From assembly GCA_001468925.1 (NCBI GenBank), contig LDIX01000005.1, forward strand, positions 2,184-66,183: DNA of 64,000 bases, written 5' to 3'. The DNA comes from a candidate division TM6 bacterium UASB340 (GTDB lineage Bacteria; Babelota; Babeliae; Babelales; UASB340). Below the pieces are notes generated by a model that saw nothing but the letters and a program-made list of their open reading frames with translations, was not told the origin of the DNA and ran no database searches. This document shows positions 29,348 through 39,672 of the stretch, piece by piece (position 1 is the first letter of the stretch; each line of letters begins with the position of its first letter). A program made the position numbers and the translations under genes.

Positions 29348-29443
29348 GCGTTTATCCTTGAATGAGTTTTAAAGTTTGTTAAAAGCAAAGTTTAATATTT
29401 CAAAAAATAAAAGTAAATTTGTTTAATTTTTTATGAGGGTGAT

Positions 29444-30016
29444 ATGAGTATTCAAGCAGACAAATGGATTTCATATATGGCTAAAAATTATGGCATGATA
29501 GAACCATTTGAAGAAAAACAAGTACGTTATATCAATGAGGGAAAAACAAAAGTTGTCAGTTACGGTCTTTCAAGTTATGGATACGATTTAAGAGTTGCCG
29601 ATGAATTTAAAATTTTTACAAATGTATTAAATTCAATTGTTGATCCAAAAAATTTTGATTCAAGTTCTTTTGTTAATGTTAAAAGTGATGTTTGTGTTGT
29701 GCCTCCAAATTCATTTGCATTGGCTCGTAGTGTTGAATATTTTAGAATTCCAAAAGATGTTTTAACAATTTGTTTAGGTAAATCAACATATGCTCGTTGT
29801 GGAATTATTGTAAATGTAACACCGTTTGAGCCTGAGTGGGAAGGCCATGTCACTCTTGAAATTTCAAATACAACGCCACTTCCTGCAAAAATTTATGCAA
29901 ATGAAGGATTAGCTCAGGTAATATTTTTAAAAGGTGAAGAGTCTTGTGATGTAACTTATGCACAGCGCGGTGGAAAATATATGAAACAAAGAGGTATAAC
30001 ATTGCCATCGGTTTAG
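29444..30016 (+). CDS. dcd: dCTP deaminase
   Basis: Full-length similarity to the Dcd pattern ([41 protein letters not shown]). Confidence 0.9.
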   Translation: MSIQADKWISYMAKNYGMIEPFEEKQVRYINEGKTKVVSYGLSSYGYDLRVADEFKIFTNVLNSIVDPKNFDSSSFVNVKSDVCVVPPNSFALARSVEYFRIPKDVLTICLGKSTYARCGIIVNVTPFEPEWEGHVTLEISNTTPLPAKIYANEGLAQVIFLKGEESCDVTYAQRGGKYMKQRGITLPSV

Positions 30017-30024
30017 GAGATTTT

Positions 30025-30777
30025 ATGGAACAGGCTTTAAATAAAGATAATAAAAATTTTGCTAATATCAATAATCTTAAAGTTCGTTATCCATATGGAC
30101 AAACTGATCCATATGCAATAGTGGAATTAATTGCCACATCTAAAATTGAAGGCGATAAATATAATATAGATCAGATGCCGGCTCTTTCTGCAAGAGTTTC
30201 TCATGCGGCAAGCGGAAAAACCGGTTTGGATGCCGAAAAAGATAAAGGCTTGATGAATTATTTAGCTGAAAATTTTCATTTAACGCCATTTGAACATCAA
30301 AGCGCAACATTTAAAATAGTTACACCATTGATCGTTGCAAGACAGTGGATGCGACATCGAACTCAATCTTATAATGAAGTTTCAATGCGTTATTCTCAAG
30401 ATCCTGTTGGGAAATTTTATTATCCTGAAATATGGAGATTGCAAGCAAGTACTAATAAGCAAGCAAGTTTGGGTGAAGTTGAAAATCAAAAAGAGTGTAC
30501 AAAAATTTTAGAGAAAGCTTATGAAAATTCTTTAGCGGCTTATAATAAATTGTTGGAATTGGGCGCTTGTAGAGAACAGGCAAGATTAATAGTTCCTGTT
30601 GGAAATTATACGGAATTTTATGCAACTGCAAATTTAAGAAATTGGTACGCTTTTTATAAACTTAGAATTGCAAATGATGCACAATGGGAAATTAGGCAAT
30701 ATGCAAAAGTGATTGGCGAAATATTAAGTGAAATTTGGCCTAATTCTTGGAATGCATTATTGCGAAATAGTAAGTAA
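30025..30777 (+). CDS. thyX: flavin-dependent thymidylate synthase
   Basis: ThyX signature RHRTQSYNEVSMRY plus the LRNWYAFYKLR motif. It lies immediately downstream of dcd. Confidence 0.9.
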   Translation: MEQALNKDNKNFANINNLKVRYPYGQTDPYAIVELIATSKIEGDKYNIDQMPALSARVSHAASGKTGLDAEKDKGLMNYLAENFHLTPFEHQSATFKIVTPLIVARQWMRHRTQSYNEVSMRYSQDPVGKFYYPEIWRLQASTNKQASLGEVENQKECTKILEKAYENSLAAYNKLLELGACREQARLIVPVGNYTEFYATANLRNWYAFYKLRIANDAQWEIRQYAKVIGEILSEIWPNSWNALLRNSK

Positions 30778-31371
30778 ATTATTATTGATTTTGTTAAAAA
30801 TAGCAGTTATTTCGGCATTATTTAAAGTGTCTTTTTCTGTTAATAAAATATTTGAAAATATTTTTATTTTATCAATATTTTGCAAAATTATATTTTTTGT
30901 TTCATTAATATAGTTTTGCAAAATATTTTTTATTTCTATGATATTTGGACCGGCGGTTTGAGGATAAAATTTTAATACATCTTCAATAACATATTCCAAA
31001 TCTGAATATATTCCGGTTGATGCATTATTAAAAAACATTTCTTCTATTATGTAACTTGCAAGCATTATATTTATATCGTGCTTATTTTCCGGATGAATTT
31101 TGAATTCCGTATGAGGGTTTGTAGTGCTATCATTTTTTATTGTTATTTCATTTATTTTACTAATGCCTAAAAAGTATTCAGAAATTATTAAATGTGCAGC
31201 CTCATGTAATGCACTACGTTCTTTACTTCTTTGAGCATTTTCATTTATTGCCGGGAATAAATTAGTATTTTGCCAAGTTTCTTTGTGTTTGTATTCGGCA
31301 TTTAAGTTTTTGGATAAAAATATACAAAATGATATTGTGATTAATTTTTTTAAAGTAACAATTTTTACCAT
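30757..31371 (-). CDS. exported protein with HExxH motif (putative zinc metallopeptidase)
   Basis: Signal-like N-terminus. ALHEAAHLIISEY resembles the HEAGH zinc site of FtsH/M41-like peptidase domains. The evidence is weak. Confidence 0.4.
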   Translation of the reverse strand: MVKIVTLKKLITISFCIFLSKNLNAEYKHKETWQNTNLFPAINENAQRSKERSALHEAAHLIISEYFLGISKINEITIKNDSTTNPHTEFKIHPENKHDINIMLASYIIEEMFFNNASTGIYSDLEYVIEDVLKFYPQTAGPNIIEIKNILQNYINETKNIILQNIDKIKIFSNILLTEKDTLNNAEITAIFNKINNNLLTISQ

Positions 31372-31386
31372 ATTTTTATGTGAATA

Positions 31387-32073
31387 TTAATTTTTCAAAC
31401 AATAGCAATTTGAGAGTAGTTTTTCTAAATCTTGTTTAATGATACTTGATTCAGATAAGTTGTAACTCAATATATATAATATAAAGTTTTTAAAAACTTC
31501 CGGGTTTGTTTTTATTAAAACTATTATTTTTTGAACTGTTGGATTTGCTAAAATAGCATTAATAATTGCATTGTTATTTAAAAACAGGTTGTTTGCAGGA
31601 TTTGCTGTTTTATCATCTATATTTATATTAAATTTTTTACTTAATTCTTGTTTTATTTCATATATTAAAGAAGCCGTTACTTCTTGAGATTTTATATCTG
31701 TTGGCGTTGTTGCTTTTGTTAAAATTAAATTAAATATAAAATTTATTGTCTCAGGTATAAAGTTTATAAGCTCAGTACTATTTTTTGTATCAAAATTATT
31801 CGATAAAGAGGATAATGAACTTAACTCTTTTATTGTTATGTAACCCTTAAGATATTTTGATGTTCCAAGAACCAAACTTTTTTTAAGCTTTATAAGATTT
31901 ATTGTTTTAAACTCTTTTTCCAATTCTTCATAATGGTTAATGCTATCTTTAATTCCATTTAATATATTTATTAAATTTTCAGTGTTTTTAGCAACTTCTT
32001 CCGGTGTAGGTTCTGTTGCGTTTACGATATTAACGGCTAAAAATAAAGCTAATATTATATTTTTAAATTTCAT
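31387..32073 (-). CDS. hypothetical exported protein
   Basis: ORF with a signal peptide (ILALFLAVNIVNA). No motif recognised. Confidence 0.45.
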   Translation of the reverse strand: MKFKNIILALFLAVNIVNATEPTPEEVAKNTENLINILNGIKDSINHYEELEKEFKTINLIKLKKSLVLGTSKYLKGYITIKELSSLSSLSNNFDTKNSTELINFIPETINFIFNLILTKATTPTDIKSQEVTASLIYEIKQELSKKFNINIDDKTANPANNLFLNNNAIINAILANPTVQKIIVLIKTNPEVFKNFILYILSYNLSESSIIKQDLEKLLSNCYCLKN

Positions 32074-32316
32074 ATATTTATCTCCACGTTTATTATCAAA
32101 ATTTAATTAATAGAGTGATTATCTGTATCCCCCAAAAATTTTAATTATAGTATAAGTTTAAAGTATATAATCATATGGTCAAATGAGACCAGACTAAAAT
32201 ACACTAACAGAAAAAATATTCTAATTTAAAAGTTCAATAGTTGCAAATTGTAAGAATTTTAATATTTATTAATTATTTAATTTTTTTAAAACAATCTTTT
32301 TTGCTCTTTGTAATTG

Positions 32317-33171
32317 TTAAAACCAAGAATTAACAGTTTTTAGTGAGTCAAAAATATCTTTATCAGGTAGATTTGGAATTTCCAAAATAATTGGAATTTC
32401 TTGCAGTTTTGGGTGAAATATTAAGCTTTTTAGCACATTTTGATCAATTGTACCTTTGCTAATTGCTTCATGTTTATCTATTTTTGCACCTTTTTTCTCG
32501 GCAGAGTCATTAAGATGTATAAGCTTTATGTTTTTAATACCCATAGTTGAATCAAGAATTTCTATAAATTCTTCTGTTTTTTCTATATTGTAACCATATG
32601 CAAACGCATGAGATAAATCAAGACAAAATTTTACTTTTTCAGGGTAATCAAGTTTGTTTTTTATTATTTTAAAATCATATAAATCGCTACCAACGGTTCT
32701 GTTTCCGTGAGCAGTATTTTCAAGTAGAATTCTTATATTTTTTTCATATTTTAACAATTTATTTAAAGCTCTGGTTAAATTTTCGATACCTCTAAGTTTT
32801 GCCTTTGGATCATCCTTGGAGCTTTTAAATGCACCAGCAGAACCCGGATGTAAAACTATGTTTTTAATATTTAATTTTTTTGCTAAATCTATTTCTTTTT
32901 TTAAAATTCTTTGGCTTGTTTGATAACCAATATATTTACCGCTGCAAAGATTTATCCAATATGAGCTATGGATATAAATATTTTCTAAATTTTTACTTAT
33001 TTTTAAAAAATTTTTTAAATCTCTGGGATCTATTTTGGGATATCTAAAGCTATGTTCTTTTGTTAAAAAGAATTGAAACGATAAAACATTAAATTTTTGT
33101 GCTTTTACAAGCAAAGCACAAAGACTGTCTTCAAGTTTTAAATGCAGTCCAACATTTTTATTATAATTCAA
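32317..33171 (-). CDS. nfo: endonuclease IV (AP endonuclease)
   Basis: The metal-ligand blocks of the Nfo/xylose-isomerase-like TIM barrel are present: IHSSYWINL, VLHPGS, LLENTA, CLDLSHAFAYGY and IHLNDS. Confidence 0.85.
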   Translation of the reverse strand: MNYNKNVGLHLKLEDSLCALLVKAQKFNVLSFQFFLTKEHSFRYPKIDPRDLKNFLKISKNLENIYIHSSYWINLCSGKYIGYQTSQRILKKEIDLAKKLNIKNIVLHPGSAGAFKSSKDDPKAKLRGIENLTRALNKLLKYEKNIRILLENTAHGNRTVGSDLYDFKIIKNKLDYPEKVKFCLDLSHAFAYGYNIEKTEEFIEILDSTMGIKNIKLIHLNDSAEKKGAKIDKHEAISKGTIDQNVLKSLIFHPKLQEIPIILEIPNLPDKDIFDSLKTVNSWF

Positions 33172-34573
33172 TTTTTTCCTTTAACTCTTTTGAATTAAAA
33201 TATGGCACTAATGCATTATAAAACTCTTTTTTAACATTTTTAAGTCCTACTTTTGTATTTGATTCAAAACGTAGACAAATGGCAGGTTGAGTATTTGAAG
33301 CTCTTATAAGTCCCCAGCCGTTTTTTCCTTCAGATCTTAGTCCGTCTATTGTAATATTATTTATATCTTTTTTTGCTGCAAAAATATTTTTTACATGCGA
33401 AACTATTTGTTCTTTTTCACTTTCTTTGCAGCTTATTCTGATTTCTGCCGAGCGTTCTTTATTTGGAAATATTTTTATTAAGTCATCTAAATTTTTATTA
33501 TTTTCCTTTAAAATTTCAAAAAGTCTTAAAATTGAATATATTCCATCGTCATAACCAAAGTATCTATCGTTGAAAAAGAAATGACAGCTTAATTCACCGG
33601 CAAGCTTTGCATTTGTTTTAAATAAAGCATCTTTAATAAGTGAATGTCCCGATGGGCATATGTGATCTACGGCTCCCCATTTTTTTAGCAATTCTATTAA
33701 AGAACCCGAGGCTTTAACGTCAAATACAATTGTTGCTCCGGGAGAATCTTTTAAGACTTTTTGTGAAAAAATTGCTAGCAACTGATCTCCGGGTACAAGA
33801 TAGCCCGATTTGGTCATAGGGTCCATGCGGTCGCAGTCACCATCAAGACCTATTCCAAGTTCTAGATTTGAATCTGTTTTTAGTAAATTAAAAACTGTTT
33901 GCATATTTTTTATATTTGTTGGATCTGCTTCGTGATTGGGAAAATTGCCATCAAGATTTTCAAATATAGGTTTAACGTTTTTCCAGTTCATTTTTTTAAT
34001 AAGTTCCGGAATAACAGTTCCCCCTGCAGCATTTCCACAATCGATTACTGCATTTATGTCATAATTTTTAAGATGCTCAAAATTTTGAGCGAGCCAGTTT
34101 ATATATTCAGGTATAATATTTTTATATGTTATTTTGCATATTTTATTATCTTTATTTTCAAAAAAATTTTGAGTATCACAAATATTTTTTATTTCTTGTA
34201 TTTCTTTTCCCCATACAGATTTTTTATTTAAGCATATTTTCATGCCGTTATATTGTGCCGGATTGTGTGATGCTGTGATCATTAATCCGGAAGTAACATC
34301 AGTATTGAATAAAGAAAAATAAAATACCGGTGTTGGACATATACCTATATCTAAAACGTTTATTCCCATCTCTTTAGCGGCTTTGACAACTTGGTCTTTT
34401 ATTGCAGGTGAATGGTTTCTACCGTCTCTTGCAACTACTATCGATTTTAGGTCCGGTTGTTTTGCTTTTAAATAACTTATTATTGCTTTTGTAAGTAAGT
34501 AACTTTCATTTATTTCAAATTCTTCACCAACAATACCTCTTATGTCATACTCTCTAAATATTACGTTTTTCAT
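33161..34573 (-). CDS. phosphomannomutase/phosphoglucomutase
   Basis: Active-site TASHNPAQYNGMK, metal loop GLDGDCDR, and the GELSCH sugar-binding loop. Confidence 0.85.
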   Translation of the reverse strand: MKNVIFREYDIRGIVGEEFEINESYLLTKAIISYLKAKQPDLKSIVVARDGRNHSPAIKDQVVKAAKEMGINVLDIGICPTPVFYFSLFNTDVTSGLMITASHNPAQYNGMKICLNKKSVWGKEIQEIKNICDTQNFFENKDNKICKITYKNIIPEYINWLAQNFEHLKNYDINAVIDCGNAAGGTVIPELIKKMNWKNVKPIFENLDGNFPNHEADPTNIKNMQTVFNLLKTDSNLELGIGLDGDCDRMDPMTKSGYLVPGDQLLAIFSQKVLKDSPGATIVFDVKASGSLIELLKKWGAVDHICPSGHSLIKDALFKTNAKLAGELSCHFFFNDRYFGYDDGIYSILRLFEILKENNKNLDDLIKIFPNKERSAEIRISCKESEKEQIVSHVKNIFAAKKDINNITIDGLRSEGKNGWGLIRASNTQPAICLRFESNTKVGLKNVKKEFYNALVPYFNSKELKEKIEL

Positions 34574-34659
34574 TTTTATTTGGCCCTTTTTTGAAAAAAG
34601 TTAAATTTCATTTAAAATAGGCATCTTTTATAATAAGTATTAATTTTTAGCATAATGGG

Positions 34660-36534
34660 TTGTTTATGAAAAGAAGATTTTTTAAAATATTTGTTTTTAG
34701 CCTGAGTCTTATTTTAATAAATAATACTTTTGCTATGTCTACTGAAAATATAAATCAAGTTACAAACGATAAGCTTGCGCTCGATTCTTTGATTGCATTA
34801 AAAACACAATTTATAAAAAATCTTGAAAAAATATTTATGTGTAAAAATTATTGGGAGTTGCGTTATTACTCACCAACAGTTGATAATAAAGTTGCTGATT
34901 TTGTTTTTAATTCCAGTGATAATGTAAAACAAAAAGTAGAAAAGCTTGATGCAATAAAAATTCGATATTCTATATATTTGGGCAAAATCGATGAGCTTAT
35001 ATCTGTAATTACAAGAAATAATTCAAGCGAAGATTTAATAAGCGAAGTAGATTTTTGTATAAATTCTTTTTTCTCAAAAAATATTTACCCCGGAACGAAT
35101 GGGTATCAAAAGGAATTTGAGCTGTTTAAAAATTACGATTCAGAACAGATGGATAAAATTATAGAAGCTAACAGGATAAATATAGCAACTCTTAAAATTT
35201 ATTTTAAAAGTTTGTTAAAAGAGTTTGATGTGCCAAATTATTTTGAAAGAAATTGGCTAAAAATTACTGCTGGAAGCGCTGGAATTGCCACTTCGGCATA
35301 TTTAATTTACAAAAATAAAGATAAATTTAGATATCAAAATACTGCAGAACAAAGAATCAAAAATAAGGCTGAAAAAATAATTGCAAAATTTAAAGATGAG
35401 ACTGCTTATCAAGATTTAAAAAATAAAGAAAAATTGACGCGAGATGATTTGTTTGATTTGGCGGAGGCTATTTTTTCAGAACAATATAAAGGCAATGAGA
35501 GCAATAAGACTGAAATATTAGATAAAAAAGAACAGATAAATGAAAAAATTGATGATATACAAAAAAATTTTTCGAAATTTACAGAAAAAACTAACTTAAC
35601 ATTACAAAATTTAAGTTCAGAATTAAAAGATGGTATTAATGTAGAAAAAATTAAGGAATTAAAAACTGAATTTAATAAATCTTATAGCTCTACCATTGAA
35701 GAATTAAAAAAAATTATTAATGGAACAAAAGATAGTATAAAAGATGAGTCAAAATCTGAAGTTATTGGTCTTTTTTCTAAAATTCTAAATTTTATTTCTG
35801 GTGGCTATAGTCAGCAGGCATCTGAATTGGTTGATAGATCTTTTAAAGATGCTAATTTTACTCTTGATACATTTGAAAATGGTCTTTTTGCTGTAAATAA
35901 AACTTTAGAAACTTTTTGCGATGTATTGGAAACTACTGGAAATTTAAATGGCAAATTGAATAATTTGGGAACTCAGACTATTGATATTGCAGGCAATTTT
36001 TTAACAGATATTGATAGTCTAGAAACTAAATTAAAAGAAACTTTGAATTCAGGATTTGATTTATTGCAAAAATCCATAAATTTAGTAGACGATTACGAAA
36101 ATAGAATTCCAGATATTGCTGCAATATCTAATGTGATATTATCAAGATTATTTATTGATGTATCCAATACAACTAAGAATATTATTTTTGCAATAGCTTC
36201 AATTACCATTTTAGGACGGATGGCTAAACGAATTTTGGCTACGCATTCTAGTAAAATGAAAAATATTAATTCTGTAGAAATTGAAATTTGTAAGATTTTA
36301 ATAAAATATCAAAGTCAGACAAAAGATGTCTTTTTTGATTCTATAAATTATGCAGATAAGGGTTTATTTATTTATTACATGGAAAAACTACAAAATTTAT
36401 CAAATGGAATTTTGGGACAAGATAAGATTAATTTGATAAAGTTGATTGATGCACTTAATGATAAGTCAAAAACAATTTATGAAAAAGTTAATTTAATAAA
36501 GTTAGAGCAAAATTCTATGCTTGTTGGAGCTTAA
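34660..36534 (+). CDS. hypothetical exported coiled-coil protein
   Basis: 624-aa ORF with a signal peptide, long K/E/N-rich helical segments and a hydrophobic segment near residue 200. No motif recognised. Confidence 0.5.
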   Translation: MFMKRRFFKIFVFSLSLILINNTFAMSTENINQVTNDKLALDSLIALKTQFIKNLEKIFMCKNYWELRYYSPTVDNKVADFVFNSSDNVKQKVEKLDAIKIRYSIYLGKIDELISVITRNNSSEDLISEVDFCINSFFSKNIYPGTNGYQKEFELFKNYDSEQMDKIIEANRINIATLKIYFKSLLKEFDVPNYFERNWLKITAGSAGIATSAYLIYKNKDKFRYQNTAEQRIKNKAEKIIAKFKDETAYQDLKNKEKLTRDDLFDLAEAIFSEQYKGNESNKTEILDKKEQINEKIDDIQKNFSKFTEKTNLTLQNLSSELKDGINVEKIKELKTEFNKSYSSTIEELKKIINGTKDSIKDESKSEVIGLFSKILNFISGGYSQQASELVDRSFKDANFTLDTFENGLFAVNKTLETFCDVLETTGNLNGKLNNLGTQTIDIAGNFLTDIDSLETKLKETLNSGFDLLQKSINLVDDYENRIPDIAAISNVILSRLFIDVSNTTKNIIFAIASITILGRMAKRILATHSSKMKNINSVEIEICKILIKYQSQTKDVFFDSINYADKGLFIYYMEKLQNLSNGILGQDKINLIKLIDALNDKSKTIYEKVNLIKLEQNSMLVGA

Positions 36535-37774
36535 AATGATAGATTTAAATTTATTAAGAACAAATACTGAAAAAATAAAAAGCTTAATTTTAAAAAAAGA
36601 ACCTAAATTTGATATAGAAAAATTGATTGAGCTTGATAAATCTGTTCGTTTGGTAAATGCTGAAATTGAAAATTTACGTAAAGAAAAAAACGAACTCGCT
36701 GCCAAAGGTAAGCAAGGTGTCACACAAGAGATTCGTGAAAAATCTATAGAAATTGGCAGTAAGTTGAAACAAAAAGAAGTTGATCTTATTGATATTGAAA
36801 AAGAGTTCAAAAAATTGGCACTTTCTTGTCCAAATATACCTCAAGAAGATATTCCGGCTGGAAATAAAGAATCAAACAAAACTGCTTGGGAATTTGGATC
36901 AAAAAAAATATTTGATTTCAAGCCTAAAAATCACGTTGAACTTAATGAAAAATTAGATTGGTTTGATTTTGATGCGGCAACTGCAATGTCCGGATCAAAT
37001 TTTATTTTTTATAAAAAAGATGCAGTAAAGATGATTTATGCATTAACGAATTTAATGCTTAAAAATAATTATGCCCATGGTTTTGAACCGGTTATTCCTC
37101 CATACTTGGTAAAAGAACAAGCACTTGTAAATTCAAGCAATTTACCAAAATTTGAGGGCGACTTTTATAAAATGCAGGACGATCTTTGCTTGATACCTAC
37201 TGCAGAAGTAAGTTTAACAAATGTTCATGCAAACCAAATATTGAATGCTACAGATTTACCAAAACGATATGCTGCTTGGACAAGTTGCTTTAGACGTGAA
37301 GCCGGTGGATATGGTTCAACTGAAAGAGGGTTAATTCGAATTCATCAATTTGAAAAAGTTGAGATTTATTCAATATGTAAACCGGAAGATTCAAATGAAG
37401 AATTAGTTCGCATGATAAAAACAGCCGAAAAAATTTTGCAATCACTCGGATTACATTACAGAGTTAGCTTACTGGCAGCCCAAGATTGCTCTTTTGCATC
37501 TTCAAAAACTTATGATATAGAAGTTTGGCTTCCGGGACAAAATCAATATTATGAAGTTTCTTCTTGCAGTAATTGTACCGATTTTCAATCCCGACGTGCT
37601 CAAATAAGATTTAGAAAAAATGCGGATTCAAAACCTGAACTTGTTCACACTTTAAATTCTTCAGCTGTGGCACTTCCAAGGCTTATGGTTGCAATTATGG
37701 AAACATATCAGCAAGAAGATGGTTCGATTAAATTTCCAAAAGTTTTGCAGGATGCGATGGATAACTTGTGGTAA
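36521..37774 (+). CDS. serS: seryl-tRNA synthetase
   Basis: N-terminal coiled-coil MIDLNLLR..., and class II motifs (FRREAGGYG, RIHQFEKVE, GQNQYYEVSSCSNCTDFQSRR, LNSSAVALPR). The likely true start is the ATG at 36536. Confidence 0.9.
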   Translation: MLELKMIDLNLLRTNTEKIKSLILKKEPKFDIEKLIELDKSVRLVNAEIENLRKEKNELAAKGKQGVTQEIREKSIEIGSKLKQKEVDLIDIEKEFKKLALSCPNIPQEDIPAGNKESNKTAWEFGSKKIFDFKPKNHVELNEKLDWFDFDAATAMSGSNFIFYKKDAVKMIYALTNLMLKNNYAHGFEPVIPPYLVKEQALVNSSNLPKFEGDFYKMQDDLCLIPTAEVSLTNVHANQILNATDLPKRYAAWTSCFRREAGGYGSTERGLIRIHQFEKVEIYSICKPEDSNEELVRMIKTAEKILQSLGLHYRVSLLAAQDCSFASSKTYDIEVWLPGQNQYYEVSSCSNCTDFQSRRAQIRFRKNADSKPELVHTLNSSAVALPRLMVAIMETYQQEDGSIKFPKVLQDAMDNLW

Positions 37775-37937
37775 TTCTGTAAAATAGTTTTGTGTGGGAC
37801 CAGATTCTGAAATCCGACTTATGCATAAAGCTATGGCTGACAAGCAGTATGACAAAGAATTTTGGTTTGAAAGTTTGGATTAAATTGGGGGACGGTCTTT
37901 AGCAACGTTGCTAAATTAAGATTTTACGAAGAAGTGT

Positions 37938-38381
37938 GTCATCCCGGCCGCCGAGCCGGGATCTCTTTCTTGAACTTTCGTATTTAATGCTATAACTATG
38001 AAAATTTATATTGTTTATATTATTACTAATCGGCCAAATGGCATTATTTATGTTGGTATTACCAGTGACCTAAAACGGCGAATGGCTGAACATAAACTTG
38101 GCATAATAAAAGGCTTCACACAAAAATATAAGCTAAAAAAGTTAGTTTATATTGAACAATTTGAGCTTGCCGACGATGCTATTAGAAGAGAAAAACAGTT
38201 AAAGCGTTGGCATAAAAAATGGAAATTTGATTTGATAGAAAAACATAATCCTGAATGGGATGATTTGTCTGAAAAATATTTTAATTCAAATGATATAGAG
38301 TATGATAAATGGATTTTGAATAGAAATATTTATAAGAAGTGAATGTATGAAAAGAGATCCCGGCTCGGTGGCCGGGATGAC
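37938..38381 (+). mobile_element. GIY-YIG gene cassette bounded by 31-nt inverted hairpin repeats (REPtron-like unit)
   Basis: 37938-37968 is GTCATCCCGGCCGCCGAGCCGGGATCTCTTT. The reverse complement of 38351-38381 is GTCATCCCGGCCACCGAGCCGGGATCTCTTT, which is 30/31 identical. Each end is itself a GC-rich hairpin. Confidence 0.6.
37998..38342 (+). CDS. GIY-YIG (URI-domain, COG2827-like) nuclease family protein
   Basis: YIVYIITN...GIIYVGITSDLKRRMAEHK...REKQLKRW carries the GIY/YIG, catalytic Arg and Glu motifs of small stand-alone GIY-YIG proteins. Confidence 0.85.
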   Translation: MKIYIVYIITNRPNGIIYVGITSDLKRRMAEHKLGIIKGFTQKYKLKKLVYIEQFELADDAIRREKQLKRWHKKWKFDLIEKHNPEWDDLSEKYFNSNDIEYDKWILNRNIYKK

Positions 38382-38476
38382 AACCGAAAATTTTATCATA
38401 GCTGGCAAGTGCAGAGTGTAATGCTTTTGAGATATATTTTTTAAATTGACAGCATTGCGGTATTTAGGGGCATATT

Positions 38477-39601
38477 TTGAATAATTTTGAACATATCTAT
38501 ATTCATTGGCCATTTTGCAATAGCAAATGTTACTACTGCGATTTTTTATCTTTTTGTAATAAAACAAATCAAGATAAAGAATATCATGATGTTTTATGTT
38601 CACAGCTAAAATATTTTAAAGATAATAATTCAAAAATTAAAACTATCTATATTGGTGGCGGTACACCATCGATATATCCACTTGATTTATTAAAAGAACT
38701 TTTTGAAAATTTAAATAAAAATTTTGATTTAAGTGATGCCAAAGAAATTACAATTGAAGCTAATCCTGCAGATATTACCAAAGAAAAACTTGAGGCTTGG
38801 AAAAGCTTTGGAATAAACAGATTGAGTATGGGTGTTCAAATTTTAGATGACCAAATTTTGGCAAAAATTGGACGCCGACAAACAGTTTCAGATGCTATTA
38901 ATGCTATAAAATTGTCTAAAAAATATTTTGATAATATTTCAGTAGATTTAATTTTGGGACTACCTGATGTTACTGATGAAATTTGGCAAAATAGCTTGAA
39001 AGCAGTTGTTTCTTGGCCGGTAAAACATATATCGGTTTACATTTTAACTTTATATAATAAAACAAAACTGTATGATTTAGTTAAAAGAAATGAGATTTCT
39101 TTGCAAAAAGATGATACAATAATTTCCCATTACATAAAGACTGTAGAGTTTCTGGAAAAAAATGATTTTATGCAATATGAAATATCAAATTTTTCCAAAG
39201 TTGGCTTTGAATCACTTCATAATATGGCTTATTGGGATAGAAAGCCGTATTTAGGACTTGGATTGGGAGCAAGTTCTTTTGATGGAACTGCACGGTATGT
39301 AAATGAAACAAATTTGAATAAATTTTTAAATATAAATTTAAACCCGCTTAATTGCGCTCAAAAAGAGATATTGACCGACAAGCAAGTGTTTATAGAGAAG
39401 TTGATGCTCGATTTGCGTAAGAAAAACGGGGGGGACTTGCATAGTATGTTATACTTTTTAAAGAGTGCTGATAAAATTAAGTTTTTAAATAGTATAGAAG
39501 AATTAAAAAAACAAGGTTTAATTCTTCAAATCGGGGGTAAGGTTTCTCTTACTCAAAAAGGTTTACTACTCGAGAATGAAGTTGTTTTGAAGTTAATATA
39601 A
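38477..39601 (+). CDS. hemW: radical-SAM heme chaperone HemW / oxygen-independent coproporphyrinogen-III oxidase-like
   Basis: YIHWPFCNSKCYYCDF is the CxxxCxxC radical-SAM cluster motif in the HemN/HemW context, with GGGTPS. The apparent start codon is TTG. Confidence 0.85.
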   Translation: MNNFEHIYIHWPFCNSKCYYCDFLSFCNKTNQDKEYHDVLCSQLKYFKDNNSKIKTIYIGGGTPSIYPLDLLKELFENLNKNFDLSDAKEITIEANPADITKEKLEAWKSFGINRLSMGVQILDDQILAKIGRRQTVSDAINAIKLSKKYFDNISVDLILGLPDVTDEIWQNSLKAVVSWPVKHISVYILTLYNKTKLYDLVKRNEISLQKDDTIISHYIKTVEFLEKNDFMQYEISNFSKVGFESLHNMAYWDRKPYLGLGLGASSFDGTARYVNETNLNKFLNINLNPLNCAQKEILTDKQVFIEKLMLDLRKKNGGDLHSMLYFLKSADKIKFLNSIEELKKQGLILQIGGKVSLTQKGLLLENEVVLKLI

Positions 39602-39672
39602 TTTTTAAAATTTTAATATTTATTTTGTAAATATTTTTACATGGAATTTTTGTTTTAAAATTTAGAGGTGTT

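Noticed and set aside
37823-37844. CATAAAGCTATGGCTGACAAGC, which resembles the tRNA trailer block TAAAGCTACGTATGGCAGGCCA and could be a decayed tRNA 3' fragment downstream of serS.
   Set aside because: The similarity is short and gapped, and the upstream sequence does not fold as a T arm. It is too weak to report.
37898-37915. Perfect 18-nt palindrome TTTAGCAACGTTGCTAAA, 124 nt downstream of serS and 23 nt upstream of the GIY-YIG unit.
   Set aside because: It occurs only once in the window, is AT-rich and has no loop. It could be a weak terminator or an operator, but nothing supports a specific call.
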